Source: Candidatus Falkowbacteria bacterium
GTDB taxonomy: Bacteria > Patescibacteriota > Patescibacteriia > Patescibacteriales > UBA12465
Direction: 5' to 3'
NCBI GenBank assembly: GCA_026396805.1
Contig: JAPLVZ010000008.1
Coordinates: forward strand, 1 to 61,815
DNA: 61,815 bases
The notes below the pieces were generated by a model. The model ran no database searches, was not told where the DNA came from, and worked only from the letters and a program-made list of their open reading frames with translations. The position numbers and the translations under genes were made by a program. Within the stretch, counting starts at the first letter, position 1. Each line of letters opens with the position of its first letter. Below, in pieces: positions 1-11,041 of this stretch.

Positions 1-1185
1 ACGGATGGAGGACCGAACCCATTAGCCGTGCAACACTATGGGATGACTTGTGGTTAGCGCAGAAATTGTAATCGAACTCGGCAATAGCTGGTTCTCCTCG
101 AAATAGCTTTTGGGCTAGCGTCGGATGTTGATCTCAGGGGGTAGAGCACTGGATGAGGGCGGGCCGCAAGGTACCGTCTTCAATCAAACTCCGAATACTT
201 GAGAGTAAAGTCCGGCAGTCAGACTATGGGCGCTAAGGTCCATCAGTCAAAAGGGAAACAGCCCGGATCACAATCTAAGGTCCCTAAATCTATACTAAGT
301 GTAAAAGGTGGTGTTGTGACTACGACAGTTAGGAGGTTGGCTTAGAAGCAGCCATCCTTTAAAGATAGCGTAATAGCTCACTAATCAAGTTGTTTCGCGC
401 CGAAAATTTATCGGGGCTCAAGTATAGTACCGAAGGTGTGAACTTTCTGATTAATTTCAGGGAGTGGTAGAGGAGCATTCTCTTCAGCGTTGAAGCCGTG
501 TCGTGAGGCGCGGTGGAGCGAAGAGAAGGGAGAATGTTGGCATGAGTAGCAAAAAGGCGGGTAAAAACCCCGCCCATCGAAAACCTAAGGTTTCCTGGGC
601 AACGCAAATCGACCCAGGGTTAGTCGATCCTAAGGCGCAGCTCGTGTAGCGCGAGTGCCAGCCGATGGATGAGCCGGTTAATATTCCGGCACTACTGTTG
701 TTTTCCGAAGGGGGGACGCAGTTTCAAGGTTTGAGCGTGCTATGGTATGTACGTTTGCGGTCTCAAGAAATGGCCTAGGTAAATCCGGGCCGACAATTTC
801 AAGGGATCGTGAAGAGATGAAGCCGCAAGGCGGAATCAATTCAAGCGGAGGAACTGACAAGAAAAACCTCTAGGGCTAAGGCAACAGTAATCGTACCGTA
901 AACCGACACAGGTAGGTGAGGCGAGAAGCCTCAGATGTACGAGAGAAACTTCGTTAAGGAACTCGGCAAAACAGCGGCCGTAATTTAGAGATAAGGCCTG
1001 CCCCGCGCAAGCGGGGCCGCAGCTAAAGAGCCCAAGGGACTGTTTATCAAAAACATAGCTCTCTGCTAACTCGCAAGAGGATGTATAGAGGGTGATGCCT
1101 GGCCAGTGTCCGAACGTTAAGAGGAGAGGTTAGCCGCAAGGCGAAGCTTTGAATCCAAGCGCGGATGAACGCCGGCGATAACTAT

Positions 1186-1467
1186 GAACGATTGTAGTTA
1201 AAAAATTTGGCTAAATGCTGGAATCCCCTGTTAAGCTAAAGGTACTCATCTTTTTCAGAAGATAGTAAAAATCTTTTAGATAATTCCCAGAAGGGATACA
1301 GGACAATCAGCAGGAAAGACTCTTATGTGAGAGAATCCTCAGAGACTACACGCCAAACCGCTTTTTCCAAAAGAAAAATCAGCGGATGATATAGTCCGAA
1401 CTTTATGGAAACATAAAGCCGGTTGCCCCATGAAGGCGCCGGAATCTAGGAATAGATTAACATCATG
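1186..1467 (+). mobile_element. Group I intron without ORF, in the helix 69 loop (E. coli-equivalent L1917)
   Basis: A 282-nt insertion lies between ...GGCGATAACTAT and AATCGTCCTAAGG. Removing it restores an H69 loop TAACTATAA identical to E. coli. It follows a T and ends in G. It carries CAGAGACTACACG and GATATAGTCCGAAC, which resemble the group I P7/J8-7 core. Confidence 0.8.
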
Positions 1468-1471
1468 AATC

Positions 1472-2242
<771 letters not shown>

Positions 2243-2752
2243 AAGTTCCGACCTGCACGAATGGCTTAACCACTTGGGCACTGTCTCAACGAAGTACTCG
2301 GTGAAATTGCAAGACGAGTAAAGATGCTCGTTAACCACAGTTGGACGAAAAGACCCCGTGAAGCTTTACTACAACTTGATATTGAGTTAGGGATAGACAC
2401 GTTCAGAATAGGTGGGAGCCTTCGGGCGCCAGTGAGATACCACCCTTGTCTATTTTTAATTCTTACCCTGAGATTCAGGGGACAGTGTCTGGTGGGTAGT
2501 TTGTCTGGGGCGGATGCCTCCCAAAAAGTAACGGAGGCGTTTACAAAGGTCGGCTATCTCGGAATGGAAACCCGGGAGATAGTGTAAAGGCATAAGCCGG
2601 CTTTACTGCGAGACCTACAAGTCGAGCAGTCGCGAAAGCGGAACTTAGTGATCCGACCATTCAATATAGGATGGTGGAAGCTCATCGGATAAAAGCTACT
2701 CCGGGGATAACAGGCTAGTCAGGTCCAAGAGTCCACATCGACGACCTGGTTC

Positions 2753-2785
<33 letters not shown>

Positions 2786-2795
2786 GTGGAGAAGC

Positions 2796-2848
<53 letters not shown>

Positions 2849-2852
2849 CCGT

Positions 2853-3554
2853 CAATTTGGCGGCTTTCCTGAGTAATTGGGATTGCAAAAGCTGACTCAT
2901 ATCGGTGAAGTCCTAACAAGTTCATTGCAAAATGACCTGTCGTATGTTAGGATAATACCGAGGGAAGTCACTTATGTCTAAATTATCTTCAGTACAAAAA
3001 TCTTATTTAGCTGGATTCATTGATGGCGATGGCAGTATTTATGTACGCCTGAAACCCAACGATAGTTATCGTTATGGTTTCCAGGTTGCGCCATATATAG
3101 TACTGTTCCAAGCATCCAAAGATGAAGAAATTTTTCGGCGGGTTTGCTCGCTGATGGATTTTGGTTATTTAAGGAAACGAAAGGATGGTATATTAGAATA
3201 TACTATCGGTCGGACTGAAGATATTATTGAACTTCTGATAATGATTAAGCCGTATCTGATTTTAAAAAAAAGACAGGCTAATCTCATGTTAGAAATTCTT
3301 AAAAAAAAGAAGTCGGTTAAAAATAAAGCCGATTTTCAAGGTTTAATGGACTTAATTGATAAATTTAGAGATTTAAATTATTCCAAAAAACGCAAAAGAC
3401 ATAAATTGACCCCGTAGAGACTGACTCCATTTGCTTTAAATAGCAATATAAGTGGGAAAGGCGTTTCTTAACTGAGGCGTCAACACGTCGGCCCCCTGTT
3501 CAACAGGGTGATGGTATAGTCCGTACACTTAGTAATAGGTGAGTTATAATTATG
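2853..3554 (+). mobile_element. Group I intron carrying a LAGLIDADG gene (E. coli-equivalent L2593)
   Basis: A 702-nt insertion lies between ...GCTGGGTTCAGACCGT and CGTAAGACAGGTCGG. It follows a T and ends in G. It contains GTAGAGACTGAC and GGTATAGTCCGTAC core-like elements. Confidence 0.8.
2974..3417 (+). CDS. Single-motif LAGLIDADG homing endonuclease (intron-encoded, I-CreI-site type)
   Basis: 147 aa with the motif LAGFIDGDGSIY near the N-terminus and a basic C-terminal tail. It sits inside the L2593 insertion. Confidence 0.85.
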   Translation: MSKLSSVQKSYLAGFIDGDGSIYVRLKPNDSYRYGFQVAPYIVLFQASKDEEIFRRVCSLMDFGYLRKRKDGILEYTIGRTEDIIELLIMIKPYLILKKRQANLMLEILKKKKSVKNKADFQGLMDLIDKFRDLNYSKKRKRHKLTP

Positions 3555-3952
3555 CGTAAGACAGGTCGGTCTCCTATCCACTGTGGTCGTGGAAACTTGA
3601 AGAGGCCCTTCCTTAGTACGAGAGGACCGGGAAGGACGAAGCTCTAGTGTACCTGCTGTTCTACCAAGGGCATTGCAGGGTAGCTACCTTCGGTTTAGAT
3701 AAGCGCTGAAAGCATCTAAGTGCGAAGCTGTCTCTAAGATTAGGTTTCATAGACTGGTTAGAGAATATAACCTTGATAGGCCGTACGTGTAAGTCCGGTA
3801 ACGGATTGAGCGGAGCGGTACTAATAAGTCGTTTGATTTTCCCACACTTTTATTTTTAATAAAATTTTTGAATCTTTACAAAAACAGATATTTACAATGG
3901 TACCCATTGATGGCTTCGGCTCTTAATGGGGTCTATATAAAAGACACCATTG

Positions 3953-4069
3953 TTCTGGTGGTTTGAGCGGAGGGGTCATACCTGATCCCATCCCGAACTC
4001 AGTAGTCAAGCCCTCCAGCGCCGATGATACTTGGGCCTGAGCCCTGGAAAAGTAGGTCGCCGCCAGAAC
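3953..4069 (+). rRNA. rrf: 5S rRNA
   Basis: About 117 nt with the typical CCTGATCCCATCCCGAACTCAG and GTAGGTCGCCGCCAG blocks. The terminal helix is extended by flanking complementarity (3944-3960 with 4061-4077) and is followed by T6. Confidence 0.9.
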
Positions 4070-4161
4070 AATGGTGTTTTTTGTTGGGGAAAACCGTCAT
4101 TTAGGCCTTTATTAAAAGGCTTTTTTGTTATACAATTAGATTATAATATTAAAGATTATCT

Positions 4162-5583
4162 ATGCCTTTAATCAAATCAATCTCCGGTATCCGCGGCACG
4201 ATTGGCGGCGTCTCGGGTGAGAATTTAACTCCGCTAGATATTGTTAACTTTACCGGTGTTTTTGTTTTATTTTTAAACAAGAAATACCCGGGTACTAAGA
4301 TAAAAGTAGTGATTGGGCGAGACGGAAGAGTTTCCGGCGAGATGGTAAAAAATTTAACCGTTGGCACGTTATTAGCTCGGGGTGTAAATGTAATTGATTT
4401 AGGACTCGCGACTACGCCAACCGTAGAGGTCGTGGTAGTTGGCCAGAAAGCTCAGGGCGGCATTATTCTGTCCGCTTCTCATAATCCGCAGGGCTGGAAT
4501 GCTTTGAAGTTTATCGACGCTCGGGGTGAATTTTTATCTAAAGTTGACGGTGAAGAAATATTAGCGCTGGCTCAAGAAAATAAAGGAGATTTTTCTTCCG
4601 AAGAAAACCTTGGCTCCTATGTTATCAACCCCTTTCTTTTTCAAGAACATTTACGGCAAATCTTAGAGATACCGTTGGTTGACGTTGAGACGATTAAGTC
4701 TAAAAATCTCAAAGTAGTTGTTGACGGGATTAATGCGGTCGGTGGCATGGCCGTACCAGAATTATTAAAGCTGTTGGGTATTGATAATATTATTGAACTC
4801 AATTGTGAACCCAACGGTCAATTTACCCATAAGCCAGAGCCACTCGCGGAGAATCTAGCCCAAATCAGAGAAGTCGTGAAGAAAGAAAAGGCGGATTTAG
4901 GGATCGTCGTTGATCCAGACGTTGATCGTTTAGCTTTTATTATGGAAAACGGGGAAATGCTGAGCGAAGAATATACGATTGTGGCGATTGCCGATTATGT
5001 TTTAGAAAACTTTGCCGTTATTGAGACTGCTCGGCCGGGTAAGTATACTAAAAATACAGTTTCCAACCTCTCTTCCTCCCGCGCCTTAAAAGATATCACG
5101 GAAAAACACGGTGGTCAGTATGAAGCCGCGGCGGTTGGCGAGGTTAATGTCGTGACTAAGATGAAAGAATTAAGATCGGTTATTGGCGGCGAAGGGAATG
5201 GCGGCGTTATTTTTCCCGAACTCCACTACGGTCGTGACGCGCTCGTTGGCATCGCTTTATTTTTAAGTTATCTGGTCAAGAAAAATATATCCATGTCAGA
5301 AATGTATCAGGAACTACCGCAGTATTTTATGGTCAAAGATAGAATTGAATTAACGCCTGACATAAATTTACCGGCTATCCTTGAACAGATTAAGCAAACA
5401 TATTCTACTGAAAAAAGCACTGATATTGACGGCGTTAAAATCGATTGGGCTGATTCTTGGGTCCATTTGCGGGGTTCAAACACCGAGCCGATTATCAGAG
5501 TTTATGCCGAAGCTAAGACTTTAGAGTTGGCGCAAGCGAAGGTAAAGGAGATAAAAGATAATATTTTAGCTTATATTAAATAA
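4162..5583 (+). CDS. glmM: Phosphoglucosamine mutase / alpha-D-phosphohexomutase
   Basis: 473 aa with the active-site loop SASHNPQGWNALKF, metal loop DPDVDR and sugar loop GEGNGG. It is followed by a GlmU-like gene. Confidence 0.8.
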   Translation: MPLIKSISGIRGTIGGVSGENLTPLDIVNFTGVFVLFLNKKYPGTKIKVVIGRDGRVSGEMVKNLTVGTLLARGVNVIDLGLATTPTVEVVVVGQKAQGGIILSASHNPQGWNALKFIDARGEFLSKVDGEEILALAQENKGDFSSEENLGSYVINPFLFQEHLRQILEIPLVDVETIKSKNLKVVVDGINAVGGMAVPELLKLLGIDNIIELNCEPNGQFTHKPEPLAENLAQIREVVKKEKADLGIVVDPDVDRLAFIMENGEMLSEEYTIVAIADYVLENFAVIETARPGKYTKNTVSNLSSSRALKDITEKHGGQYEAAAVGEVNVVTKMKELRSVIGGEGNGGVIFPELHYGRDALVGIALFLSYLVKKNISMSEMYQELPQYFMVKDRIELTPDINLPAILEQIKQTYSTEKSTDIDGVKIDWADSWVHLRGSNTEPIIRVYAEAKTLELAQAKVKEIKDNILAYIK

Positions 5584-5647
5584 AATATTAAAATAAGCCT
5601 GTTTAAAAATTTGGTTGCTTCAACACTTAAAAAATGATAAAATATAA

Positions 5648-5678
5648 GGGAAATTCCGAGTGGATTTCCCTTATTATT
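5648..5678 (+). terminator. Putative intrinsic terminator after glmM
   Basis: The hairpin GGGAAAT-(9 nt)-ATTTCCC is followed by a T-rich tract. Confidence 0.4.
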
Positions 5679-5716
5679 AATTACTAATTTAGCTTGCTAA
5701 ATTAGGAAAACTAGCT

Positions 5717-6463
5717 ATGACTCGCATTATAATTCTGGCCGCCGGTAAAGGTACGCGCATGAACTGCGAATTACCGAAAGTTCTCGTGCCTCTGAAAGGC
5801 CGGCCGATGATTCAATATTTAATGGATGAAGTTAAGGCAGCCGGAGTCGATCCGCATCCGATAATCGTCGTCTCTCCTGACAATAAAGAAATAATTCGCG
5901 CGGCCTTGAAAGGATACGAAGCGGAGTATGTCATCCAGGCGGAACAGCTCGGCACCGGTCAGGCCGTCGCTTGCGCTCGAGCGGCGCTGGCCAAGGACGA
6001 TAAAGAAATAAAGAACATTGTCGTGCTTTACGGCGATCACCCTTTTTTAAAGAGCGCTTCCATTAAAAAGTTTTCCGCCATCAATTCTGAAGTCTTAACG
6101 ATTATGCCGACCAGCTTGCCGGATTTTGAAGATTGGCGTCAAAATTTTTATCATTGGGGCCGGATTACTAAGGGTCTGGACGGTGCGGTGGAAAAAATCG
6201 TAGAGTTTAAAGACGCAAGCGAGGAAGAAAAATTGATTACCGAGGTTAACCCGGGATTTATGCGTTTTAATAAAGATTGGTTATTCCAGAATATCGATAA
6301 GTTAACTAATGATAATCGGTCCAAGGAATATTATCTGACCGAGATGGTTAAGGCTGCTTTTGAGGGCGGACAGCCGGTCGGAACGATGAACATTGAGCCG
6401 CACGAGGCGATGGGCGTCAATAGTTTAGAGGAATTAAAGATTGCCGAAGGTTTATTGGGATAA
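5717..6463 (+). CDS. Sugar-1-phosphate nucleotidyltransferase, GlmU N-terminal-domain-like (no acetyltransferase domain)
   Basis: 248 aa with LAAGKGTRM...LPKVL and QLGTGQAV motifs. The ORF ends before any hexapeptide-repeat domain. Confidence 0.75.
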   Translation: MTRIIILAAGKGTRMNCELPKVLVPLKGRPMIQYLMDEVKAAGVDPHPIIVVSPDNKEIIRAALKGYEAEYVIQAEQLGTGQAVACARAALAKDDKEIKNIVVLYGDHPFLKSASIKKFSAINSEVLTIMPTSLPDFEDWRQNFYHWGRITKGLDGAVEKIVEFKDASEEEKLITEVNPGFMRFNKDWLFQNIDKLTNDNRSKEYYLTEMVKAAFEGGQPVGTMNIEPHEAMGVNSLEELKIAEGLLG

Positions 6464-6519
6464 ATTTTTTGAAACCGATTGGCTTTTAGGATATTCGAGA
6501 GTAATTTAAATTAGTCAAT

Positions 6520-7797
6520 ATGCAGCAGGTTTTAGATCTTCATATTCATTCCCGTTATTCGCGCGCTTGTTCGCCTCAGCTCACTTTAGCGAACATTGAG
6601 GCGGCTTGTCGCATCAAGGGTGTAGATATTATCGCGACCGGAGATTTTACTTATCCGGAGTGGTTCGCCAGTATAAATTCAGAACTGAAAGAGACTTTTT
6701 CCGGTTCCGGCCTGTATGTTTTAAAAACCGCCGTCGATGACCAGGTTAAATTTATTTTAAGTACGGAAGTGGCTTTAATATATAAAGATGATGAGAAAGT
6801 GCGAAGGATCCATCTGGTTATTCACGCGCCGAATATCGCGGCCGTTGAAAAATTAAATAAACAATTAGATAAGAAATTCAATATCCGTTCCGACGGTCGG
6901 CCGATTCTAGGAATTAAAGCGCCGGAACTAGTTGCGCTGTTATTAAAAATTGATCCGAATTTTTTAATTTATCCCGCCCACATTTGGACGCCATGGTTTT
7001 CCGTCTTCGGGTCCAAATCAGGATTTAATACGCTGGAAGAATGTTTTAAAGATCAGACGAAATATATCTATGCTTACGAAACCGGATTGTCCAGCGATCC
7101 GGAAATGAATTGGCGCTTGTCGGCCCTGGACGGATTAACTTGTTTGTCTAATTCGGACGCGCATAGTCAAAATAATATCGCCCGCGAGGCCAATATCATG
7201 GAAATTTCCGAGCCGCTTTCTTATCGGAAGATCTATGATATCATTAAGAATCAACGCGTGGCCGCGTCCGCCGGTCAAGATCAGGAGGGTCTGAAGATGA
7301 CTTTGGAATTTTATCCCGAAGAAGGGATGTACCATTTTGACGGGCACCGCGCTTGTAATTTCAGCTGCGAGCCGGCGATCAGCCGGCAAAATAAGAATCT
7401 TTGTCCGAAATGCCAGAAGCCGCTCGTTATCGGAGTTTTAAACCGGGTCGAGGAACTAGCCGACAGAAAGGCCGGTTTTCGGCCTAAAAACGCCGTTCCC
7501 TTTAAAAAACTTGTGGAATTAGATAAGATTATAGCGGAGGCGCTGGGAGTTAAAAGCCGTAACTCTTTAGCGGTTCAGAAACAGCATCGGCAAATGATCA
7601 GGGATTTCGGCAATGAGTTGTTTATTCTCCTCGACCTGGATTTGGAAAAAATAACCGGAATTGATTCGCGAATTACTGAAGGCCTTAGGCGCGTCCGGGC
7701 GGGAGAACTGATAATTTCTCCGGGGTTTGACGGCGAATACGGCCGGATAAATATTTTTTCCGAGTCGGATAAGAATAAGCAAGGCGCTTTATTATAA
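6520..7797 (+). CDS. PHP-domain protein of the endonuclease Q (TIGR00375-like) type
   Basis: 425 aa with N-terminal DLHIHSRYSRA, later SDAH, and a CPKCQKPL zinc-ribbon-like motif. Confidence 0.6.
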   Translation: MQQVLDLHIHSRYSRACSPQLTLANIEAACRIKGVDIIATGDFTYPEWFASINSELKETFSGSGLYVLKTAVDDQVKFILSTEVALIYKDDEKVRRIHLVIHAPNIAAVEKLNKQLDKKFNIRSDGRPILGIKAPELVALLLKIDPNFLIYPAHIWTPWFSVFGSKSGFNTLEECFKDQTKYIYAYETGLSSDPEMNWRLSALDGLTCLSNSDAHSQNNIAREANIMEISEPLSYRKIYDIIKNQRVAASAGQDQEGLKMTLEFYPEEGMYHFDGHRACNFSCEPAISRQNKNLCPKCQKPLVIGVLNRVEELADRKAGFRPKNAVPFKKLVELDKIIAEALGVKSRNSLAVQKQHRQMIRDFGNELFILLDLDLEKITGIDSRITEGLRRVRAGELIISPGFDGEYGRINIFSESDKNKQGALL

Positions 7798-7809
7798 AAT
7801 ATTCAAATT

Positions 7810-8274
7810 ATGTCTAAACCCTGGAAAGCTATCAGCAGTATCATCACGGTCGTCATTTTTTTAGTTTTAATAGCGGTGACAGCCGTCTTATATAGTGGCA
7901 GTCCGGAACAAAAAGTTAAAATGGAACAGAATTTTTTTTGGCGCAATACGAAAATTGCCATGGATTATGTCTGGATCGCTCTTCAAGGAGTCACTGATAT
8001 CGGTTTAGGCAAAGAATCCGATAATAGCGGCCAAGTCTCTTCAGAGACGGAAATGGCCAAGACGGCTGAAACCGGATTTTTTAAAAAAATCGGTTCAAGT
8101 ATCCGGGAAGAATGGGACAGCGGTGGCGAAAAGGAGTTAAGCGTCGCCCCGCCGATTAATTCAGATAAGGTCTGGCAGTGGCGAAAAAACGCGTCCGGCG
8201 CCGAAATTATTTTTAGAGATAAAAATGGCGAGGAACATAAAGTCTCTTTGCCGTTCAAGTTCTTGGCGGAATAG
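7810..8274 (+). CDS. Hypothetical membrane-anchored protein
   Basis: 154 aa with one N-terminal hydrophobic helix (ISSIITVVIFLVLIAVTAVLY). I recognise no motif. Confidence 0.5.
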   Translation: MSKPWKAISSIITVVIFLVLIAVTAVLYSGSPEQKVKMEQNFFWRNTKIAMDYVWIALQGVTDIGLGKESDNSGQVSSETEMAKTAETGFFKKIGSSIREEWDSGGEKELSVAPPINSDKVWQWRKNASGAEIIFRDKNGEEHKVSLPFKFLAE

Positions 8275-8437
8275 GCGACGGTCAATCGAGGAAACCGCTG
8301 GAATTAAAAGGGTTTTGGCAATTGATGATTTTAAAACGATTTTAAGAAATATTTTCAAATAATTTAAGATTTTTTAACGGTTTGATGATGGGCGATATGC
8401 TATAATTGATTTATTAATAAAAAATAATATAAAACGT

Positions 8438-9490
8438 ATGGCTAAAGAAAAAGACAAAAAGATTGTCTCGGAAAAGGAAGAGAATAAAGACAAGCGCGAC
8501 GACGCGGCGTTAAACGCCATCGCGCAGATTAGGAGCCGTTTCGGCGAAGGCGCGATTATGAAACTCGGCGACGTGCCGAAAACTAACGTCGACGCGATTT
8601 CCACCGGTTGTTTATCTTTAGATATCGCGACCGGTGTCGGCGGCGTCCCGCGCGGTCGAGTCATTGAAATTTATGGTCCGGAATCTTCCGGTAAAACGAC
8701 TTTAGCGCAGCATATTGTCGCGGAAGTGCAAAAACTCGGCGGAATCGCCGCTTTCGTTGATGCCGAACATGCGCTGGATCCGGAATATGCCGCTAAAATC
8801 GGCGTTAACATCAAAGAGATGTTATTGTCCCAGCCGGATAGTGGCGAGCAGGCCTTAGAAATCGTCGAGACTCTGGTCCGTTCTAACGCGGTTGATGTTG
8901 TCGTTATTGATAGCGTCGCCGCTTTAGTGCCGCAGAAAGAAATCGAAGGTGAGATGGGCGACCAACATATGGGCTTACAGGCGCGTTTAATGAGCCAGGC
9001 TTTACGCAAACTAACCGCCATTATCGCCAAAACCAATACGGTCGTTATTTTTATCAATCAAATCAGAAATAAGATCGGTGTTTTTTTCGGCAATCCGGAA
9101 ACGACGACCGGCGGCAACGCTTTAAAGTTCTATTGTTCCGTCCGAATTGAAGTCCGCCGCGCCGCTCAGATAAAACAAGGCGAAAAAATAATCGGCAACC
9201 GCGTTAGAGTGAAAATCGTCAAGAATAAAGTGGCCGCCCCTTTCCGGACTTGCGAATTTGACATCATGTATAACGAAGGAATTTCCGTCTCCGGCGATCT
9301 GGTCGATTTGGGCGTGGAATATAATGTCATCAAGAAGAACGGCAATACTTATTCTTTCAAAGAAGTGAAACTTGGCACCGGCCGTGAAGTCGCCAAGAAG
9401 ATTATCAAAGAAGATAAGAAATTGGCCGCGGAAATCCGCAAAGCGATTCTAGTCGAGGTAAAAGCTAAGGAGATTGAAGAAAATAAATAG
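8438..9490 (+). CDS. recA: Recombinase RecA
   Basis: 350 aa with Walker [12 protein letters not shown], plus the IDSVAAL and NQIR blocks. Confidence 0.97.
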   Translation: MAKEKDKKIVSEKEENKDKRDDAALNAIAQIRSRFGEGAIMKLGDVPKTNVDAISTGCLSLDIATGVGGVPRGRVIEIYGPESSGKTTLAQHIVAEVQKLGGIAAFVDAEHALDPEYAAKIGVNIKEMLLSQPDSGEQALEIVETLVRSNAVDVVVIDSVAALVPQKEIEGEMGDQHMGLQARLMSQALRKLTAIIAKTNTVVIFINQIRNKIGVFFGNPETTTGGNALKFYCSVRIEVRRAAQIKQGEKIIGNRVRVKIVKNKVAAPFRTCEFDIMYNEGISVSGDLVDLGVEYNVIKKNGNTYSFKEVKLGTGREVAKKIIKEDKKLAAEIRKAILVEVKAKEIEENK

Positions 9491-9502
9491 GATTAATTTA
9501 AT

Positions 9503-9536
9503 AATCGCTCCCCTTTTTCAAAGCGGGAGCGATTTT
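9503..9536 (+). terminator. Hairpin after recA (terminator or attenuator)
   Basis: A 10-bp stem AATCGCTCCC/GGGAGCGATT with a 12-nt loop, followed by TT. It lies upstream of the preferred pyrH start. Confidence 0.45.
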
Positions 9537-9542
9537 GAGAAT

Positions 9543-10244
9543 ATGAACACGTCTTCGAATGTAAATAAATCTTTTGTCTTATCCGTCGGCGGATCTGTAA
9601 TAGTCACAAGCGCCGGTATCGATGTTAAATTTTTAAAGAAATTTCGCGCCTTTATTCTTAGCCAGGTAAAACGGGGGTATAAGTTCTATCTGGTAATCGG
9701 CGGCGGCGTTACTTGCCGTGATTATATAAAAGCGGCCTCGAAAATTACTATGGTAAACCATACCGACCGCGATTGGGTCGGAATTAGCGCGACGCGTCTC
9801 AACGCCCAATTACTTAGAGCGTCTTTTGGCTCAGCGGTTCATTCGGAAATAATTACTGATCCGACCAAGAGGATTTTTTCTCGGAAATCTATCGTTATCG
9901 CCGCCGGCTATAAGCCCGGTTGGTCAACTGACTATGACGCCATTCTTCTCGCTCGACATAATAACGTTAAAACGGTCATCAATCTTTCCAATATTGATTA
10001 CGCCTATAATAAGGATCCGTGCCATTTTAAAAACGCTAAAAAGTTAAAAACGGTTTCCTGGCCGACTTTTCGTAAAATTGTCGGCAATCGTTGGAAGCCA
10101 GGATTGAACGCCCCCTTTGATCCGATTGCTTCCCGAGAAGCAGCCAAATTAGATATGACGGTGATCATCCTGAATGGCCGCAATCTGAAAAATTTAGAAA
10201 AATGTTTGGGAGGAGAAAAGTTTAAGGGGACGATTATCAGTTAA
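9543..10244 (+). CDS. pyrH: UMP kinase, archaeal-type (amino acid kinase fold)
   Basis: The track ORF starts at 9474. I prefer the ATG at 9543 (MNTSSNVNKSFVLSVGGS) because it follows the recA hairpin. VIGGG and AAGYKPGWSTDYDA blocks are present. Confidence 0.75.
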   Translation: MNTSSNVNKSFVLSVGGSVIVTSAGIDVKFLKKFRAFILSQVKRGYKFYLVIGGGVTCRDYIKAASKITMVNHTDRDWVGISATRLNAQLLRASFGSAVHSEIITDPTKRIFSRKSIVIAAGYKPGWSTDYDAILLARHNNVKTVINLSNIDYAYNKDPCHFKNAKKLKTVSWPTFRKIVGNRWKPGLNAPFDPIASREAAKLDMTVIILNGRNLKNLEKCLGGEKFKGTIIS

Positions 10245-10266
10245 ATCAGTTATAATTACTTTAAAT

Positions 10267-10296
10267 AAAAAGGGCCGCTCTCCAGCGCCCTTTTTT
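10267..10296. terminator. Bidirectional terminator between pyrH and adk
   Basis: AAAAAGGGC-(loop)-GCCCTTTTTT sits between convergent genes. Confidence 0.6.
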
Positions 10297-10330
10297 ATTA
10301 TCCGCAATTTTTCGCGATTTACCCGAATGA

Positions 10331-10891
10331 TTATTTGTCTAAACGTTGTCTGATAGTCTTAAAGACGGTTGCTATCGCCAGTTGGCCGTCTATATTAATG
10401 ACTTTTTTTTGTTTTTTATAGTATTTCAAGAGCGGAGTTGTTTGAGTATTATAAACGGTAAAGCGAGTTTTAATGGTTTTGATGTTATCGTCGGAACGTC
10501 CGGAAGTTTGGCCGCGGCTTAGAGCGCGCTTGACCGCTTCGGTCTCGCTCAAGTTTAGATTTATGACCGCGTCTAAATTTATCTTCTTAGCTTTGAAAAA
10601 TTTGTCTAAGGTCTTAGCTTGTTTAATGGTCCGCGGATAACCGTCAAAAATAACGCCGCCTTTTTTAATATTCTTTATAATCGCTTTTTCCATTATGGTT
10701 ATTATCAGGGCATCGGGCACGAGCTTACCGGCGTCCTGGTAAGTTTTTATTTTGGCGCCTAATTCACCGGTTTTCAGCTCGGCGCGTAAAATATCCCCGC
10801 TGGATAAATGGGTTAACTTATATCTTTTAGAAATTAAAGCGGCCTGGGTTCCTTTACCGGCTCCCGGAGGCCCGAAGATTAGGAGATTCAT
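10331..10891 (-). CDS. adk: Adenylate kinase (short LID, no zinc knuckle)
   Basis: 186 aa with the P-loop GPPGAGKGTQA and the FDGYPRT block. Confidence 0.93.
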   Translation of the reverse strand: MNLLIFGPPGAGKGTQAALISKRYKLTHLSSGDILRAELKTGELGAKIKTYQDAGKLVPDALIITIMEKAIIKNIKKGGVIFDGYPRTIKQAKTLDKFFKAKKINLDAVINLNLSETEAVKRALSRGQTSGRSDDNIKTIKTRFTVYNTQTTPLLKYYKKQKKVINIDGQLAIATVFKTIRQRLDK

Positions 10892-10903
10892 ATAAAAGGT
10901 TAT

Positions 10904-11008
10904 ATCGGTGCGGTATTCTAAAGATAGTCCGAACGCATTTCGCCGCCTGCGGCGGCGAGGGAGTCCCCCCGCGAAAAATTCCTGAAAATGCGGCGGAGCC
11001 GCACCGAT
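10904..11008. ncRNA. GC-rich structured element upstream of adk (unclassified)
   Basis: A 10-bp closing stem ATCGGTGCGG/CCGCACCGAT encloses a CGCCGCC-TGC-GGCGGCG hairpin. It is far more GC-rich than the surrounding intergenic DNA. Confidence 0.35.
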
Positions 11009-11041
11009 GACAATTTTAAGTTTTTCTTTGGCGGCAGATTC

